Below are positions 1 through 9,974 of a stretch of DNA of 64,000 nt, piece after piece. This DNA comes from an archaeon CG10_big_fil_rev_8_21_14_0_10_43_11 (GTDB taxonomy: Archaea > Nanobdellota > Nanobdellia > PEZQ01). The stretch lies in NCBI GenBank assembly GCA_002763265.1, contig PEZQ01000006.1, positions 94,141 to 158,140 on the forward strand, in the 5' to 3' direction. How positions within the stretch are numbered: the stretch's first letter is position 1; each line of letters opens with the position of its first letter. The position numbers and the translations under genes were made by a program. The notes beneath the pieces were generated by a model. That model had not been told where the DNA came from. It did no database searches and worked only from the letters and a program-made list of their open reading frames with translations.

Positions 1-53
1 AGACTTCAACGCACCCCCTTGTTTCCTGTGGAATATGTTAGGGCTAGTGCTAG

Positions 54-1565
54 CTATTCAAATTCAATAGTTCCGGGAGGTTTATCAGTCAGGTCATATA
101 ATACGCGGTTTACTCCTGAGACTTCATTTGCAATGCGTGCGCCAATCTGTTTTAGTAACGTAAGGGAAAGGCACGCGGCTTCTGCAGTCATAGCATCAAC
201 GCTGCGCACGCACCGAATAACAACCGGGTATTCATAGGAGCGTTCGTCTCCTTTCACGCCAACAGTCTTGACAGGAAGAAGCGCAGTAAATGCTTGCCAC
301 AAATCAGGTACGCCTTGTGTTATAAGTTCTGCGCGTAGTATAGCATCAGATTCGCGAACAATGCGCAGTCGGTCTTTTGTTATGCTGCCAACAATTCTAA
401 CTGCAAGTCCCGGACCCGGAAAAGGCTGGCGGTCAATGAGCTGGTTTGGGATGCCAAGCAATCTACCTATTGCTCTGACTTCATCCTTGTACAAGTCTGC
501 TAATGGTTCAAGAACAGAAAGTCGCATGTTTTTTGGCAGTCCACCCACGTTGTGGTGCGTTTTTATTTTTGACGCGTTTTTTGACGTTTGCGCGCTCTCA
601 ACACGGTCAGGATAAATCGTGCCTTGACCAAGATACGTGAAGTCACCGAGTTCTTGCGCTTTTTTGTCAAACACGTCAATGAACGTGTTGCCAATGATTT
701 TTCGCTTTTCTTCAGGGTCTGTTACGTTTTTGAGCTGCGAAAGGAAACGGTCGCTTGCATCAATTGCATGAAAGTTTTTGAAATTGTTAAAATAGGTTAT
801 CACTTCTTCAAATTCGCCTTCGCGCAGTAAACCATTATTTATGAACACGCAGTGCAAATTGTTTGGAATTACCTTGTTGAGCAGGGTTGCCGCAACCGTT
901 GAATCAACGCCTCCGCTCACACCCATAAGCACATTCTTAGTTCCCACGCGCGATTTGATGCTCTGCATGCTCTGTTCAATAAAGTCCTGCAAGCTCCAGT
1001 CTCGTTTTGCATTAATACTGCTAAGAAACGCGTCAAACACGTCACGACCATTTTTCGTGTGCGTGACTTCAGGATGGAATTGAACAGAGTAGAATTGCTT
1101 TTTTTGGTGTGCCATGCTCGAAATGTAGCCATTTCTTGAGAGTGAGGTAACAAGAAATCCTTTAGGCGGCGTTTGAACATAATCAGAGTGGCTCATCCAC
1201 ACTTCGTGTTCGTGAGAGAATGTTTTGAGAAGGTTTGATGAGTCGCGCACGTTGATGATTGTGCTACCGTATTCGCCTTTTCCTTTTTGTACGCTTCCGC
1301 CAAGGCTTTGTGCCATGAGCTGGTGGCCATAGCAAATGCCAAGAATTGGCAAGCCTAGAGCAAAGATGTTTTGGTCAATAGTTGGAGCGTCTTTTTCATA
1401 CACGCTTTTTGGTCCGCCTGAAAGAATGAGCGCTTGTGGTTCTAGGTCTTTTATTTTTTGTGCGGGCGTATCTGGTGCGATGAGTTCTGCGTATACGCCA
1501 AGCTCTCTGATTCTTCGCGTAATAAGATGCGCGACTTGACTTCCAAAATCAAAGACGAGTATCAT
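54..1565 (-). CDS. guaA: GMP synthase (glutamine-hydrolysing), fused GATase + ATP pyrophosphatase
   Basis: DFGSQ, PILGICYGHQ, QFHPEV glutaminase motifs; SGGVDS PP-loop; KTHHNVGG, PFPGPGLAVR; C-terminal KPPGTIEFE. Confidence 0.97.
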   Translation of the reverse strand: MILVFDFGSQVAHLITRRIRELGVYAELIAPDTPAQKIKDLEPQALILSGGPKSVYEKDAPTIDQNIFALGLPILGICYGHQLMAQSLGGSVQKGKGEYGSTIINVRDSSNLLKTFSHEHEVWMSHSDYVQTPPKGFLVTSLSRNGYISSMAHQKKQFYSVQFHPEVTHTKNGRDVFDAFLSSINAKRDWSLQDFIEQSMQSIKSRVGTKNVLMGVSGGVDSTVAATLLNKVIPNNLHCVFINNGLLREGEFEEVITYFNNFKNFHAIDASDRFLSQLKNVTDPEEKRKIIGNTFIDVFDKKAQELGDFTYLGQGTIYPDRVESAQTSKNASKIKTHHNVGGLPKNMRLSVLEPLADLYKDEVRAIGRLLGIPNQLIDRQPFPGPGLAVRIVGSITKDRLRIVRESDAILRAELITQGVPDLWQAFTALLPVKTVGVKGDERSYEYPVVIRCVRSVDAMTAEAACLSLTLLKQIGARIANEVSGVNRVLYDLTDKPPGTIEFE

Positions 1566-1887
1566 AGGGTAAGTTCCTCATGTGTTCCGTGTTTTAGTTT
1601 GTATGCAATTTTCAAAGCAGTAAAGTTCGAGTTCTGGGATGAGAATAGTCTCAACACAAAGTGGCCCGATAATACTGCCAAACAGTTCACGTGATGAATC
1701 AACCACGCCATTTCCCATTTTAAAGACTTTTGGAAGTAGAAAATCTCATAACACAACAGGTGCATTGCCCGCCACCACATTAGCTACCCACGTTCTAGTG
1801 TTCACAGTAAGGGTCTTACTCTTGCGCGCAGCATTCTTGGTGACACACATCCAGACATAACCCTGTCAAATTCTAAAAAAAAAGGAT

Positions 1888-2394
1888 TTAGTGTTGGTAG
1901 TGGTCCAAGAGGTCTTGGCGCGACCAAGGTTTTGCGTGCTTCATAGAAAAGCCGAGTTTTTTCACGTAGTCTTTAAGTGTTTGAAGATTAGGCGCTTCAA
2001 TTTCAAGAAAGGAGGGAATCCCCGGTATGGTGTCAATGTCAACGTGGACTGTGTCAAGTTCGTAGGAGGTGCGTGTTTTTTTATCAGCATCCCACACGCT
2101 CAGCCCCAAGTCTGAAAGAATGCTCATGAGAATGTCCCGGTCTGACACGCGTATTTCATGTTCATGCATGATTTTTGCTTTTTTCTTGCTGACCCTTTTT
2201 TTGAGCGTGAGCAGTGCAGTTTGACCAAGCATTCTAATGCGCAGTATCTTATCTTCGTGCCCTAATCGTTTATCATCAAAATCGTAAAAATAGGAGTGGA
2301 CGGTTCCTTCAAACGTTTTTTTCGCGCCAAGCGCGTGAAGCGTGCGCACTACGTCTGCTTTGTTTATGTTGAGAATTTTAACTTCGATTTCCAT
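1888..2394 (-). CDS. CYTH-domain protein (class IV adenylate cyclase / triphosphate tunnel metalloenzyme)
   Basis: N-terminal EIEVK (ExExK), LRIR, LTLK, FLEIE motifs; start placed at MEIEVK. Confidence 0.9.
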   Translation of the reverse strand: MEIEVKILNINKADVVRTLHALGAKKTFEGTVHSYFYDFDDKRLGHEDKILRIRMLGQTALLTLKKRVSKKKAKIMHEHEIRVSDRDILMSILSDLGLSVWDADKKTRTSYELDTVHVDIDTIPGIPSFLEIEAPNLQTLKDYVKKLGFSMKHAKPWSRQDLLDHYQH

Positions 2395-2615
2395 TGTGTG
2401 AGTCACCCATGCATACAACGTGCAGAGGCGTTGTTATTCCGTGAATCTGAAAGCAAATAGTTGGAGCGGAATCTCTTCTAAGTCGTTGTGCGTGAATTTA
2501 ATTTTCTTGGGGTTTGCATCGCGTTTGAGGTAGAGAAGTTCTTGAAGTTTTTTGCTTGGAAACAGGTGTTAATACTGCGCAACCAATCTTTTTTAGTGTA
2601 TCTGGCATGCACGCA

Positions 2616-3842
2616 TTATTGCCGGTAGAGTTGGTAGAGCTTTTTTATCACATCATAACCCTGAATGAGACCAAGAGAACCGCGCTCGCAATATTTTTCT
2701 GCAAAATTGCTCATCGTATCGGGTTTGATTTTTCCGCATATAAGAAGGGGTATTGGCTCTGCTGCATGGCGCATGAGTTTTGTTGGCGTTGCATGGTCTG
2801 AAGTAACGCAGAGCACATCGCTTTGCGCGCTAAGTTGGGTTTTGAGAAAAGCAAAAAGGGTTTTGTCAAGGTATTCGATGCAGTTTTTCTTTTTCATTGA
2901 GTTTCCTTCATGCCCATACGTGTCAGGTCCTTTGATAAAAATCACAAATTTTTCGTGCGCTCCCCACTGGTCTTTAAGGAGGGCAACGGTTTTTTCAATG
3001 TCTTTTTCATATTCTTCAGTTACGTTTTCAATGCCAAGAATGGTCATGCCCGCAGCTTTTGCAAGACCAAACTCAACAGGCGAGGTGCAGATTGCTGCAA
3101 CATTATCATATACCGGAAGCTCAGGCAGTTTGGTGCCTGCACCGCGTGTGATAAGGTGCGTGACAGGGTATCCTGCTTTGCTTCGCCGGTCATTGTTGGA
3201 TTTGCTTTGGCGCAGGACTTCGTGCGCGCGCTCTTCAAATGAGCGAAGCATATTTGCTGAACGCACATTCTCTTCAGCCCTATTAGTGGGAAGCACATGT
3301 CTCATATGCTCGCCCTCTTCAATGGGGTCTGAACCGCGAATTTCTTCACCAAGGGGTTGAGAGCTTTTGAGAATGAGCACTGCGCGGTGTCTGAGCGTGT
3401 GTTTGAGCTCAAAGTCGCCGCTGTATTTGATTTTTTCTTTGATTTCTTCAATAATAGTGTGTCCGTCTTCGTTTGAGATGCGTCCTGCCCGGCGGTTTTC
3501 AACCTCTCCTTTAAGATTAACAAACGCGAGGTTGCAGCGAATAGCAAGGTCTTTTCCTTCCCTAAAATTCACGCCAGCGCCAAGTGATTCAAGAGGTCCG
3601 CGTTTCCAATTTGTGTCGCGTGGGTTTTGGCCAAGCAAGCTGATGCCGCCAAAGTTTGAGCCATTTTCTGCAATGAATTCTTTATGGTCTATGCGAAAGT
3701 TTTGCACGAGCCCAAGGGCTCCTTTTTGCGCAAAATAGTCAAGGTTTGGGGTTTCTGCTGCTTCAAGGGGGGTCTTGTCTTTGAGCAAGCTCACTGGCTC
3801 ATCACCAAGTCCATCAATGATAACATACACAAGTTTACCCAT
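2616..3842 (-). CDS. apgM: 2,3-bisphosphoglycerate-independent phosphoglycerate mutase (ApgM family)
   Basis: IIDGLGD, TPLEAAETPNLD, RRAGRI, KGPDTYGH, TSDHATP metalloenzyme motifs. Confidence 0.9.
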   Translation of the reverse strand: MGKLVYVIIDGLGDEPVSLLKDKTPLEAAETPNLDYFAQKGALGLVQNFRIDHKEFIAENGSNFGGISLLGQNPRDTNWKRGPLESLGAGVNFREGKDLAIRCNLAFVNLKGEVENRRAGRISNEDGHTIIEEIKEKIKYSGDFELKHTLRHRAVLILKSSQPLGEEIRGSDPIEEGEHMRHVLPTNRAEENVRSANMLRSFEERAHEVLRQSKSNNDRRSKAGYPVTHLITRGAGTKLPELPVYDNVAAICTSPVEFGLAKAAGMTILGIENVTEEYEKDIEKTVALLKDQWGAHEKFVIFIKGPDTYGHEGNSMKKKNCIEYLDKTLFAFLKTQLSAQSDVLCVTSDHATPTKLMRHAAEPIPLLICGKIKPDTMSNFAEKYCERGSLGLIQGYDVIKKLYQLYRQ

Positions 3843-3962
3843 GTGCAATATACAGGAATGCTGCAAATAAATAATTGATGCTTAAAACGTACTAAAAGCA
3901 TAGGTAATGGCAATAATTATTAAGAATGCACACATTAAGACTAAGCATAGCTGGTAACCCGT

Positions 3963-4238
3963 ATGCAAGTGCTGAATACGGCAAAAACACTTGATGAAAT
4001 CATATTTCCTCTCGACGCAGTGTACGCAAAGAAAAATGTATTTAACGCGCTCAAACTAAGTGGGAATTCAAAAGACCATCACGAGAATGAAGAGCAGTGG
4101 AAACACCTATTTTTTTCCTGGATTACGAGGGTGCAAAAGCGTATCCAAACAAAGAACAGTCAAAAAGGAATTTTGTTGCATACTAGAAAAACAAAAAAGT
4201 TGCCACATACAAAGGCGGGAGCGGAAAACCAGTTATGA
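3963..4238 (+). CDS. small basic hypothetical protein
   Basis: 91-aa ATG-started ORF in an otherwise empty gap; no recognisable motif. Confidence 0.35.
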   Translation: MQVLNTAKTLDEIIFPLDAVYAKKNVFNALKLSGNSKDHHENEEQWKHLFFSWITRVQKRIQTKNSQKGILLHTRKTKKLPHTKAGAENQL

Positions 4239-4310
4239 TACGCTGTGTGCAAACAATAATCGGCATCTTGCGATAAACACTTATAAGGTCATCAATGTTT
4301 TTCCCAGCCT

Positions 4311-4907
4311 ATGAGTTCAACAACAGTGATTGGAATAAGCATTCTGCTAGGCGCGCTTTTCATAACCTTGAGCATCATGTCATATGTCTCACGGGAAGAA
4401 AGCAATTTTCTTAGCTATCATAACCTTCTTGACCGATTGCGTTTTGAAGAATATACGATTCAACGAAGCATTGTTACTAATGATACAAATCACTCGTTTG
4501 AAATTATTCGTGCAAGCCAATACACAAACAGTTCAGATGAAATTCCAGGCTTTCTTGAATGGAACGACACCAGTATCACGACTCAATACACTTTTTTCTC
4601 TGCTGGAAATGAATCAAAACTCGCGTTTGAGCACGCAGAGAATAGAACGGTTATCACAAATTACCCTGCAAAAAAATATATTGAAACAACAAAAGGGCTT
4701 AGCCCCGAATCAATTGCCCAATGCGTCTGTCCTTCAATTGACCAGGACAAATGTAATGCGCTCAACCAAACAAATTATACCTGGGGTGTTGACGTGTGTG
4801 CGGGTCTTCCTGCCCCTCTGCGCGTGTTTGTATATGAAGACACACAGACATCCCGCGCATTTCCGTATTATGTATTTGGCAGAGACTGTGCGGTTATCTG
4901 TTCTTAG
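4311..4907 (+). CDS. membrane-anchored extracellular hypothetical protein
   Basis: N-terminal hydrophobic helix, several NxS/T sequons, six C-terminal Cys. Confidence 0.7.
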   Translation: MSSTTVIGISILLGALFITLSIMSYVSREESNFLSYHNLLDRLRFEEYTIQRSIVTNDTNHSFEIIRASQYTNSSDEIPGFLEWNDTSITTQYTFFSAGNESKLAFEHAENRTVITNYPAKKYIETTKGLSPESIAQCVCPSIDQDKCNALNQTNYTWGVDVCAGLPAPLRVFVYEDTQTSRAFPYYVFGRDCAVICS

Positions 4908-5311
4908 AAATATTTTAGATACTCTTCTATTGTAATACCTGCACGTTTGAATGCGCGCTCAAGTTTTAGTTTTGAAACACCTTCACTTTGAAAACTTCTG
5001 ATAAGCTGTATGAGCATTGATTTTTCACTAAGGCGTTTTTGTGGTTGCACCCGGCGGACATACAAGCTCACCGCTGCTTTAACTGTAAGAGCAGGGAAAA
5101 AACCGCTGATAAAACCAACAATGATAATAATAAAAAGGGAGGGCTGTATTTGAAGCGTGTTTGAAATCAGGTTAACAAAAACAATAATGCCCACGAGTTC
5201 AAGAACAGTTGCAACTTTGTTTTGGTACGAGCCAAAAGAAGCAGTTGCAAGAAATTCAGCGCAAACAATACCAGAAATGATGGCAAGTGTGGTGAACAAG
5301 GATTCAATCAT
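4904..5311 (-). CDS. small integral membrane protein
   Basis: About three hydrophobic helices followed by a basic cytoplasmic tail. Confidence 0.7.
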   Translation of the reverse strand: MIESLFTTLAIISGIVCAEFLATASFGSYQNKVATVLELVGIIVFVNLISNTLQIQPSLFIIIIVGFISGFFPALTVKAAVSLYVRRVQPQKRLSEKSMLIQLIRSFQSEGVSKLKLERAFKRAGITIEEYLKYF

Positions 5312-5454
5312 AATTGACGTGTGAAATTGTCAAAGCGCTTAAAAGGATTCTGGTAAACCAAAACGTGCCTTACAAAGGCAGAAAAACCATGCCTGGAGGT
5401 GTGATATTACCGCAAGAATAATAAAGTAACTGCTGATTTTTGAAAACAACCAAC

Positions 5455-7191
5455 ATGAACAGTAACTACTCAATAGTGAACAAATCGGGGCTGCGGGTGT
5501 TGGAAGTAGATTGTTCTTCTAAAAGTATTGTTGCGCTTGACAAAGAATGTGAAAAAAAGGAGTTTAAAGATGCGCTTTTGAAACACGAGCCGGATATGAT
5601 TGCATTTATGGGGGTGCGTTTTAGCAGGGTGTACACGCGAGATGAGATTTCAGCGCCAAAAAATGCAAAAGGCCGTTTGATTCCGCGTTTTGTCTCCTAT
5701 GTGTTTGGTAATGCGCATGGCAGCGTGCTTGAAGAGTATCCTATTCCAGGAGCAACAGTTCGCATTATAAAAACACACGAGCTTGCGCCAACATACGTTA
5801 TTGAACCGGTAGAATGCACGCTCAGCATGAAGGATATTGAATCAGCACATACTGCATTTGATTCGCGTGTTGAAGAAGAGTTTGGAAGAGGGAAAAAACA
5901 AGTGCGTCTTGATAGCGCGCCCTTGCAAGATGTAGTTTCGCGGTATTCAGATGGGTTTGGGGTGTTGGAACTTTTCTTTCGTGATGAAAAACTACAGGAT
6001 GTGTTTGTTGACTCTCCAGCACAAAGCCCGATTCATGTATTACACGAACAGTATGGTGAGTGCAACACAAATGTGTATGTGGGTGATGAAGAGCTCGAAA
6101 AGATTGCAAGCAAGCTAAGAATTATGAGCGGGAGACCATTTGATGCAGCACATCCTGTGTTTAATGCTAGTCTTGATGAGTATGGAGTGCGCGTGTCAGG
6201 TATTTGTGAGCCGCTTACCTTTAGTGGAATTGCATTTGCCTTTCGAAAACGCACAACAAAACCATTCACGCTTGCAGGTCTTGTGCAAAATAAGACGCTA
6301 AGCGCACGCACAGCAGCGCTACTCTCCCTTCTTGTTGAAGGAGAAAGTGCAATTCTCATAACCGGAGCTCGCGGAGCGGGAAAGACATCGCTTCTTAATG
6401 CATTGCTCTTGGAAGTGCCAAAGCACTATCGCGCAATTGTGATTGAAGATACTGCAGAACTTCCTGTTTCTCAGTTGCGGGCACTGGGCTTTAAAATTCA
6501 GCACGTGCGCACAAAAGCAACAACAAAAGAGAATAATTATGAGTTAAGTGCACAAGATGCCGTCCATTCCGCCTTGCGTCTTGGTGAGAGCGCTCTTGTA
6601 GTAGGCGAAGTCAGGGGTGGCGAAGCACGAGCCCTTTTTGAAGCTATGCGTATAGGCGCAGCAGGTCGCGTAGTTCTTGGCACTATTCACGGTTCAGGCG
6701 CGCGAGACACGTTTGAGCGTGTTGTGCATGATCTTGGCGTTCCGCAAAGCAGCTTTAAGGCAACAGATGTTGTTGTCTCACTTGCAAGTCTGCAAAAGAC
6801 AGGAAGCTTAGAAAAAACGCGCAAAGTAGTGGGAATCACCGAAGTCGGAAAAGATTGGACACAAACTCCCATGGAAGAGTCGGGTTTCATCACACTTGGT
6901 GTGTATGCAGGGGAGGTGTTTTCTGTCAGGAATTTAACAAATTCAAGCATTCTAAAACGAATTGCATTTTCAAAACAAACAAATGTTAGCGAATTGCTCC
7001 GCCATATCACATGCGGTGCGGTGTTCTATGAAATGCTTGCTCAGAAAAATATCATAGACATGGTGCGTTTTTTAGAACTTAAAACACGGTTCAACCCAAT
7101 AAAACAAGAAATAGCACGTTCTAACACGAAAAATTATGCAAAACTCGCAAAAAATGAATTATCAAAAATATTGAAACAGTATGAGACATAA
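5455..7191 (+). CDS. type II/IV secretion / pilus assembly ATPase (VirB11/TadA/FlaI family), system 1
   Basis: Walker A GARGAGKT, IEDTAEL Asp box, Walker B LVVGEVRG, GTIHG His box. Confidence 0.93.
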   Translation: MNSNYSIVNKSGLRVLEVDCSSKSIVALDKECEKKEFKDALLKHEPDMIAFMGVRFSRVYTRDEISAPKNAKGRLIPRFVSYVFGNAHGSVLEEYPIPGATVRIIKTHELAPTYVIEPVECTLSMKDIESAHTAFDSRVEEEFGRGKKQVRLDSAPLQDVVSRYSDGFGVLELFFRDEKLQDVFVDSPAQSPIHVLHEQYGECNTNVYVGDEELEKIASKLRIMSGRPFDAAHPVFNASLDEYGVRVSGICEPLTFSGIAFAFRKRTTKPFTLAGLVQNKTLSARTAALLSLLVEGESAILITGARGAGKTSLLNALLLEVPKHYRAIVIEDTAELPVSQLRALGFKIQHVRTKATTKENNYELSAQDAVHSALRLGESALVVGEVRGGEARALFEAMRIGAAGRVVLGTIHGSGARDTFERVVHDLGVPQSSFKATDVVVSLASLQKTGSLEKTRKVVGITEVGKDWTQTPMEESGFITLGVYAGEVFSVRNLTNSSILKRIAFSKQTNVSELLRHITCGAVFYEMLAQKNIIDMVRFLELKTRFNPIKQEIARSNTKNYAKLAKNELSKILKQYET

Positions 7192-9010
7192 GATAAATTA
7201 CGAAACTATTTGCAGGACATTTAGACTCAATCTTATTGCAAACATTCCAGAGAATAATTTAGAGAATTATCTTTCAATAGTATCTTATACTCTTAGTCCA
7301 CATGATGTATTTTATGCAGCACAGGGTATTTTTCTTTTTTTGTTTCTTATATTCTCAGTGTTAGGTATTATCATGTCTTTTTTTGGCGTAAGCCCGCTTA
7401 TTTTTGCTGGGCTGGGGGTGTTGTTTGGCGCAATCGGCGCAGGGATTATATGGATATACCCTCAATTTCGTGCGCGTGTTCGTGTTGTTGACTCACTCTC
7501 ATCATCTCCATTAATTCTTGCTCAGCTAGTTTCGTATCTTAAACTCTCACCAAATGTGGAATGGGCAATCACGCATGCAACAGAATTTGAAGAGGGATTT
7601 CTTAGAAAAGTGTTGCGAAACATCGTGCAAGAGAGCGTGCGAAAAGGAAGAATAACTGACGCACTTACAAAAACAGGGCTTATGCTCAGCGCGTATTCAC
7701 GCGGATTTAAGCGCTGCTTATTTTTAGTGCGAGCAAGCCTCAGTGAATCGAATGAACAGAAACGCCAGACAATTCTTGACAAGAGCCTGTCCTCTTTTTT
7801 GGATGAAGTGCGAAGAGACCTTACTGAATTTTCTCAGCGATTAGTAACGCCTTCGCTTGTTGTATTTAGTGTGGGCACCATTGTTCCTCTTGCGCTTGTG
7901 TCGATTCTTCCAATCCTTAATGTGTTTGAATCGTCAAACATGCTGAGTCTTATTATTGGTATTTTAGGAGTGCTTGCAATTGGCATATTTGCATACACAA
8001 CTATAATACTCATGGAAAAACCGGTTGTGGTGAGTAAAACGCACAGCATTGAAGGTGGTTTTTCTTTTCGCGCACTTGCCATTGCCGTGTTTGCTGGCGC
8101 GGTTATTGCATTTCCAGGAGTCCTCTCCTTGCTTCAGTCTCAGGGTTTGCTTGTTGTCTCAGGCACGCTTGGAAACGTTGTAAGTTTTCTTGACACAATG
8201 CCGCTTATTCTTGCACTTGGTGTTAGCACAAGCGTGTACTGCTTTGTTACGAGCAGAAGAGGTTTTTTGCAGTGGAAAAAAGAATCGCAGCTTGATGATG
8301 AACTCGCAGATGTATCATACGCAATTGCAAGTGAGCTTGATAATGGTTTACCATTTGAGCGAGCGATTAAAAATGCAAGTAGCGGCGCAGGCGGTTTTGA
8401 GGAAATTCTTGTTGGTGCATGGAAACTAGTTAAAAACCATCACAAAAGCATTGAAGATGCATTTTTTGACAAGAATGTTGGCGTGCTCAGAACGGTTCAT
8501 TCAAAACGTGTTAATGCATTATTCCGATTTTTGAGTGTTGCACACATGAAAGGAAGTGGTATTGTTTCTAAGACCCTCTTTGCGTTTCATGAACACTTGA
8601 TGAGCTTAAAGAGTGTTGAGTATGATATGCAGAACAAACTGAGCCAAAGCATGGGTATGATCCAAAGTACTGCTATCTTTTTTGCGCCAGCAATCGGCGG
8701 GTTAATTGTTGTCTTAAATCAACTGATTGAGGGTGCACTCACAAAAACGCGGCTTGAATTGGATGCGAGCGGTCTTGGTGTTTCATTCTTTTCATTTTTT
8801 GGAAGCACCGGCATCAGTTCAAGTATATTGCACCTTATTGTTGGCGCTTACATGCTCATTTTTGCAGTTATTATGCTTCGTTTTTCCGTGTTTATTATGT
8901 ATGGGAAGGACAACAATCTTTTAAAACACAAATTAGCCCGCATGTTGCCAATAACCGTATTAATCTACGCATTAACGGTTGTAATTGCCAAATTATCATT
9001 TGGCGTGTGA
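7181..9010 (+). CDS. TadB/TadC (FlaJ-like) membrane platform protein, system 1
   Basis: Multi-TM protein with two cytoplasmic T2SSF-like regions, overlapping the ATPase stop; paralogous to 55684..57747. Confidence 0.85.
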   Translation: MRHKINYETICRTFRLNLIANIPENNLENYLSIVSYTLSPHDVFYAAQGIFLFLFLIFSVLGIIMSFFGVSPLIFAGLGVLFGAIGAGIIWIYPQFRARVRVVDSLSSSPLILAQLVSYLKLSPNVEWAITHATEFEEGFLRKVLRNIVQESVRKGRITDALTKTGLMLSAYSRGFKRCLFLVRASLSESNEQKRQTILDKSLSSFLDEVRRDLTEFSQRLVTPSLVVFSVGTIVPLALVSILPILNVFESSNMLSLIIGILGVLAIGIFAYTTIILMEKPVVVSKTHSIEGGFSFRALAIAVFAGAVIAFPGVLSLLQSQGLLVVSGTLGNVVSFLDTMPLILALGVSTSVYCFVTSRRGFLQWKKESQLDDELADVSYAIASELDNGLPFERAIKNASSGAGGFEEILVGAWKLVKNHHKSIEDAFFDKNVGVLRTVHSKRVNALFRFLSVAHMKGSGIVSKTLFAFHEHLMSLKSVEYDMQNKLSQSMGMIQSTAIFFAPAIGGLIVVLNQLIEGALTKTRLELDASGLGVSFFSFFGSTGISSSILHLIVGAYMLIFAVIMLRFSVFIMYGKDNNLLKHKLARMLPITVLIYALTVVIAKLSFGV

Positions 9011-9017
9011 TAATACA

Positions 9018-9512
9018 ATGATGAACAAAAAAGGTATTGAAGGTCTTCCCCTCAAATATGTCGTGGTCGCGCTTGTTGGCGCACTGGTGATTGGTATTGC
9101 CGTGCAAATGACAAATACTATCCAAACAAGTGTTGAAGATTCAACAAGTGTAATCAGCGAACAAACAACCGGCCTTGTTATTGATGCTGCGCGTGGCAAC
9201 ACGTATGTGACTGGTTTTGAAAATGTGGGCGTTCTCTCATGGAGCTTTAACGCAACCACGGGCGATTTGAAAGTGGCACTGGTAAACACCGGCGTAACTG
9301 CGCTTGACATTGATTACATTAATGCAAGCTTTAACGGCATAACAGACACCTCAAATACTGACCGAACACTGCAGCCCGGCGAGAGCACTAGACAGCTTAC
9401 ATTTGGGCTTAGTTCTCTTGCAAGCAACGGCGACCAAATTTCAGTTAGTCTTGTTGTTGTTAAAACTGATGCGAGTGTTGAGCGTGGAATACTAGTTGGC
9501 GTCGCGCAATGA
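9018..9512 (+). CDS. archaeal type IV pilin-like protein
   Basis: Class III signal MMNKKG|IEGLPLKYVVVALVGALVIGI followed by a beta-rich Ig-like domain (VALVNTG..LQPGES). Confidence 0.85.
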   Translation: MMNKKGIEGLPLKYVVVALVGALVIGIAVQMTNTIQTSVEDSTSVISEQTTGLVIDAARGNTYVTGFENVGVLSWSFNATTGDLKVALVNTGVTALDIDYINASFNGITDTSNTDRTLQPGESTRQLTFGLSSLASNGDQISVSLVVVKTDASVERGILVGVAQ

Positions 9513-9910
9513 ATCGCAAAGGCGTTGAAGGACTTGGATTTAGTTTTCTTATTTTCTTATTTCTTGGAGCAATTGGCGCAAGCCTGAGTTTTTACGCGTA
9601 CAACGCATACCAACAGGTTGACGGCGTGCGCGAATTTTATCAGAGTATACATGACCTTCGCGAAGAAATCCAATGGCTCAAATACAATAATGACAAAGGA
9701 GCGTTTACCAGTAGTACCATACAAGTGCCCGCAGACTATGCTGTTTCTTTTGCGTATTCTGCTATCACTATCAAAAACAGCACTGACTCGCTTTCAATCC
9801 CGATAGAAGTAAATTTTACGACACCACATTATTTAACGCAGGGCATGTATACGTTGCGTTTGTGTTATGGAGATTGTGATAAGAGAAATTATCTCATTGA
9901 ATTTGAGTAA
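9509..9910 (+). CDS. minor pilin-like protein
   Basis: Class III signal MNRKG|VEGLGFSFLIFLFLG; ATGA overlap with preceding pilin. Confidence 0.8.
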   Translation: MNRKGVEGLGFSFLIFLFLGAIGASLSFYAYNAYQQVDGVREFYQSIHDLREEIQWLKYNNDKGAFTSSTIQVPADYAVSFAYSAITIKNSTDSLSIPIEVNFTTPHYLTQGMYTLRLCYGDCDKRNYLIEFE

Positions 9911-9974
9911 CTATGAAATCCCTTCTTGATACACAGGGCGTGTATACTCATTTGGAAACAATTGAAGAATTTCT

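Noticed and set aside
1566..1887. Possible purine riboswitch or ncRNA upstream of guaA (minus strand TTTCTAC...TAAA)
   Set aside because: No convincing P1/P2 stems or conserved loop sequences; the 72-aa ORF there is also unconvincing. An Rfam/Infernal scan would settle it
2434..2610. Protein-like minus-strand stretch (LFPSKKLQELLYLKRDANPKK...)
   Set aside because: No in-frame start and no recognisable family; at most a remnant
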